A DNA stretch of 10,176 nucleotides from Selaginella moellendorffii (Eukaryota; Plantae; Lycopodiophyta), in the NCBI RefSeq assembly GCF_000143415.4, contig NW_003314595.1, forward strand, positions 1 to 10,176, read 5' to 3'. Shown here piece by piece: positions 6,918-10,176 of the stretch. Made by a program: the position numbers and the translations under genes. Each line of letters opens with the position of its first letter. Positions within the stretch are counted from its first letter, which is position 1. The notes under the pieces were generated by a model. The model made no database searches. It was not told where the DNA came from and saw only the letters and a program-made list of their open reading frames with translations.

Positions 6918-7689
6918 AGCCGTCAACTCTTTCCCTTTTATTTGTTGCGTGTTCAACCCTACAAAGTCAAAAAGTTACTACACCACCAAAACTGAGTTTT
7001 TTCACCGTATCCGCAAACCTGGAGATCACAGGATCAAAAAGCTTTCTTTCGCTGTCAATGTTTTCACCTCGTTCTTCCATTTTTCTAACTTCCACTGGCT
7101 ACGTTGATCCAAAGCACACCATCATCCACGTTCAAGCGCTCTTCTTCCTGTCGCAAATTCATGGATTGAACAAAGTTTGTACAAGCCAAGTGACGCAAAT
7201 TTTACAAAAAACCAGACAACATGTCATTTTAAGCCTTTTGGACAGCCACTTCAAGAACTCACTCGCAAGAAGGGAAGCTCATTCGACACACGAAAAGTAT
7301 GCAAGCCAAGCAAGACAGAAGAAAAACGAGAGGAAACACGAGCGTTTGTGGCTCTACCAACACGAGTGACATATCCATGGTAAGCTTGCGGAGCTGCTTG
7401 TTTAACAAGGCCACTGCTGGTTGGAAGGTCACAAAGGCATGTTGAGCGAGAAAATGATAAACATCGGGGGCCAATGGGACCAGAAACTTCCATGCTTTGC
7501 TGTAGGATTAGGCAACGATTACATACCTTTAAACCGCTTCCCCTCTCCTTGCTTTATCCTTGTTCTTCGCTGTTCTTCGCTTGTGTTCTGTTCCTTTCTC
7601 TTGAGTCCCCATGCCTTCCTGTTAAAAGAAGCATTAAATCGTTCCAACAACTGTTTCCTATGATGTTGGAGTTGTAAATCCGACTGACC

Positions 7690-9781
7690 TCGGGCATAGA
7701 TGTTGGACGTGAGAGAGTACGCAGAGCCTGTTCCATCGTCGAGCTTGAGAACCGACTTGAAGGCCATCCTGCCAAGCTCCACATTTCTCCACTTGAGGCA
7801 CGAACTTAAGAATGCCATCCACACCACCGCGTCCACCTTGCAAGGCCACGCTCTTTGAGCGCCTCGTTTTGAGCGAAAGAACTTCCCACCGATGCCTCTG
7901 TATCCAGTCCAGCACTGCAAGCTTGTACGTGAATCTGCTGCCCGAAGTCCAGTGCTGCAAGGCTCAGCGCAGGCTTTGAGAGCAGCAACGTACGTCCGGT
8001 TACAAGCTTTTCTCGTGCAGCAACCGAGTGTAGAACTCCAGAGCTCGCTCGGGTTCTCCAAACCGACTATATCCCAAGATCAAGGGGCCTTTGATGCTGT
8101 GAAGACTTCCGCCATGCTTTGACACTTGGTATACATATCCACCGAAAAGTAGTCATCCAGTTCGCAAATCCTTGCGACTTGCAAGTGGAGAGCTCTGCCT
8201 TTCTCCAGCTATTTCTTCACAAGCTTGCGGTCTTCATTCTCTGCTAGAGTCGCAACAGCCTTAAATGCAGCAGTAGCAGTGACATGATCTGCCTTAACAC
8301 CTTCCTCTTGCATGCTTTCGAACGATTGTAAGACGAGCTTGTGCTGGCCGCCGCAAGCATACCCCAGGATTATCCCCGTCCAAGTCGCACCACCATATCT
8401 TGGAAAACCACCCAAGCATCCACCATGCCTCCACACTTGGCGTACATGTCAACGAGAGCATTATGAACCGAGAGGTCTTCTCCGTCCACAAAAGCGAGAG
8501 CTCGAGCATGCACGGCCTTGCCTCTCTGCAAAGCCCGAAGCTTAACGACGCCTCCGTCGACAATCTGGCCCTGTTCCTTCTCAGCCAAGGTGACACAGGC
8601 CTTTAGTGCAGCAAGAACTGTGACACGATCTGGAGCGCAACCATTCTCGTCCATGCTAAAGAATATCTCAAGAGCTTGCTCGCCTTTGCCGTTCTGAGCA
8701 TAACCAAGAGTGAGGCAGTTCCAAGAAACCACGTCTGGACGTTCAATACTGTCGAAGAAACTGCGAGACTCCACCATGCTCCCACAGTTGGCATAGAACT
8801 CCACAAGTGTGTTGGTCACTAAGATGTTTGAATAGTGCTCACCAGCTTCCAAGCGAACGGCCCTTCCTTTTTCGAAGCTCTGAATCTTCAAGACTTCCGT
8901 TTCTTCTTCACCATAAACAACTGATCGATCCATCGATGGGGGAACAAACATGCCACGAATGCGTGCCGGGGCATGGGCAAGTTCCTCGTCCGCAAGACGG
9001 CAACAAGCTTTCAGCGCTGCGATGAAAGTTAAAGCATCCGGTGGAGTGTCTCCACGACGCATTCGAGCATAGATATCGAGAGCTTCACCACCCTCGCCGC
9101 TGCTGGCATACCCGAGAATCATGCAGTTCCATGTCACCACACTACGATGGCTCATTCCTTCGAAAACTCGACGAGCCTCTGTCAAGCTCCCACATTTTGC
9201 GTAAAGATCAATCAAGGTGCTCGCGACGAAGAGATCCGAGTCTAAGCCAAGTTTTACTGCTTTCCTGTGAATCTCCCTGCTCCTCTCTAAGAATACCACC
9301 AGTTGACCATCCAAAGCCTGCCCGGAATCCTTCTCTATCAAGCTGGAACAAGCCTTGAGAGCACCAAGAACTGATACTCGATCCGGTTTGTACCCTTCGT
9401 CTCCCAGACGAGCAAACAACTGTAGAGCCATTTCACCATTTCCACTCTGTGCATATCATATCCCTGTACGATCGAATTCCAGGAGACAACATCGCGATGC
9501 GGCATGCTGTCAAATGTTCCACGAGCATCTATCATGCTTCCGCATTTCGCGTACAGATCAAGCAGGATGTTGGCGACGATAATGTTTGAGAAGTCACCTG
9601 TCTCGGAAACATCCCTGTTCATTCTCCTGCCTAGTTGTAGATCTCTCATGCTTCTACATACCTTGAGAGCACCAACAACAATGCCAATGGCTGGTTTCAA
9701 TCCCTGACGTTGCATTCGTCTGTACACTTCATTTGAAAGACCCTGAGGTTTCTGCAGAAGTGGACCAACCTTCGCTTCCAT
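7690..9781 (-). pseudogene. PLS-class pentatricopeptide repeat (PPR) gene with C-terminal E-type extension, disrupted by frameshifts, deletions and stops
   Basis: Repeated motifs LLDLYAKCGSMIDARGTFDSMPHRDVVSWNSIVQGY, LIDLYAKCGSLTEARRVFEGMSHRSVVTWNCMILGY, PDVVSWNCLTLGYAQNGKGEQALEIF are spread over ORFs 9338-9784, 8370-9431, 8209-8436, 7806-7988 and 7519-8061. E motif: DAVVWMAFLSSCLKWRNVELGRMAFKSVLKLD...AYSLTSNIYA. There is a frameshift at 9453-9462, another near 8390, and an in-frame TAG at 8209-8211. No DYW domain seen. Confidence 0.92.
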
Positions 9782-9800
9782 CAAGGACAGACTATGGATT

Positions 9801-10022
9801 CTACGAAGGCCGTAGTAAGAAACGATAAAGCGAGCTCAAAATTTTCATACCTTGAGCCTGATCAGTTCACCGCTGCTAAACAACCTGCAACGTTTCAAGT
9901 TCCTTCAATGCAGCAAGATCGCTTGACTTATCCCTCGACAAGCACCAGCTCTACGTCAATATCTCTGCAAGAAAAAGGAAATAAGAAAATCACCTGGATG
10001 CTAGAAAAGAATAGCCAGTTAC
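9801..10022 (-). other. Two putative small introns (9801-9850, 50 bp; 9965-10022, 58 bp) flanking a non-coding 114-bp exon upstream of the PPR start
   Basis: Minus strand AAG|GTATGA...CCTTCGTAG and CAG|GTAACT...TTTTTCTTGCAG. The intervening exon 9851-9964 has stops in all three minus frames. Confidence 0.5.
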
Positions 10023-10176
10023 CTGCGTAAGGACAAAACTTCCAAGTTTTTCTCAAGCAACACGGAATGCTCTTTGAGAGCATCTGGACAATTGTACCCT
10101 AAATATTTTTAAAAATTTCTGTCGATGCTACATTCTTCCCTCCCAGAATCGAAATCCAGCCACTGGTGCGGCAGAA

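Noticed and set aside
6905-7677. ORFs 6905-7369, 7177-7383, 7251-7493, 7259-7474, 7421-7663, 7474-7677
   Set aside because: Several have non-ATG starts, they overlap each other, and none shows a recognisable motif. Treated as intergenic.
7519-7690. DYW deaminase domain after the E motif
   Set aside because: No PG box, HxE, CxxC or DYW-like terminus. The ORF tail is low-complexity purine-rich read-through.
7892-9707. Plus-strand ORFs (7892-8122, 8312-8545, 8400-8606, 8807-9025, 9041-9358, 9355-9582, 9504-9707)
   Set aside because: Antisense shadows of the PPR coding sequence.
9794-10030. 78-aa plus-strand ORF
   Set aside because: Short, no recognisable domain, and it overlaps better-supported minus-strand intron signals.

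Overview
Eukaryotic plant nuclear DNA, most consistent with a lycophyte such as Selaginella. That assignment is inferred from 50-66 bp GT-AG introns and a PLS-class PPR with long inserts in its L-type motifs. From left to right the window holds: (1) a four-exon gene of unknown function (354-1581, +) behind a duplicated DRE+ABRE/G-box module; (2) a deletion-riddled duplicate of that gene (2419-3174) joined to a decayed PPR-like fragment; (3) an AT-rich island (~3500-6880) with two convergent paralogues of an intronless gene made of two tandem Ty3/gypsy-type retropepsin domains, one broken (3555-4225, +) and one open (5822-6868, -), separated by an AT-rich spacer with a ~306-bp tandem duplication; (4) a frameshifted PLS-E PPR pseudogene (~7690-9781, -) with two putative 5'-leader introns. 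The most striking element is the stand-alone double-retropepsin ORF. It has no gag/RT/integrase context, and its C-terminal tail is a captured, mostly out-of-frame PPR fragment. All alignments were done by eye and no database searches were run.
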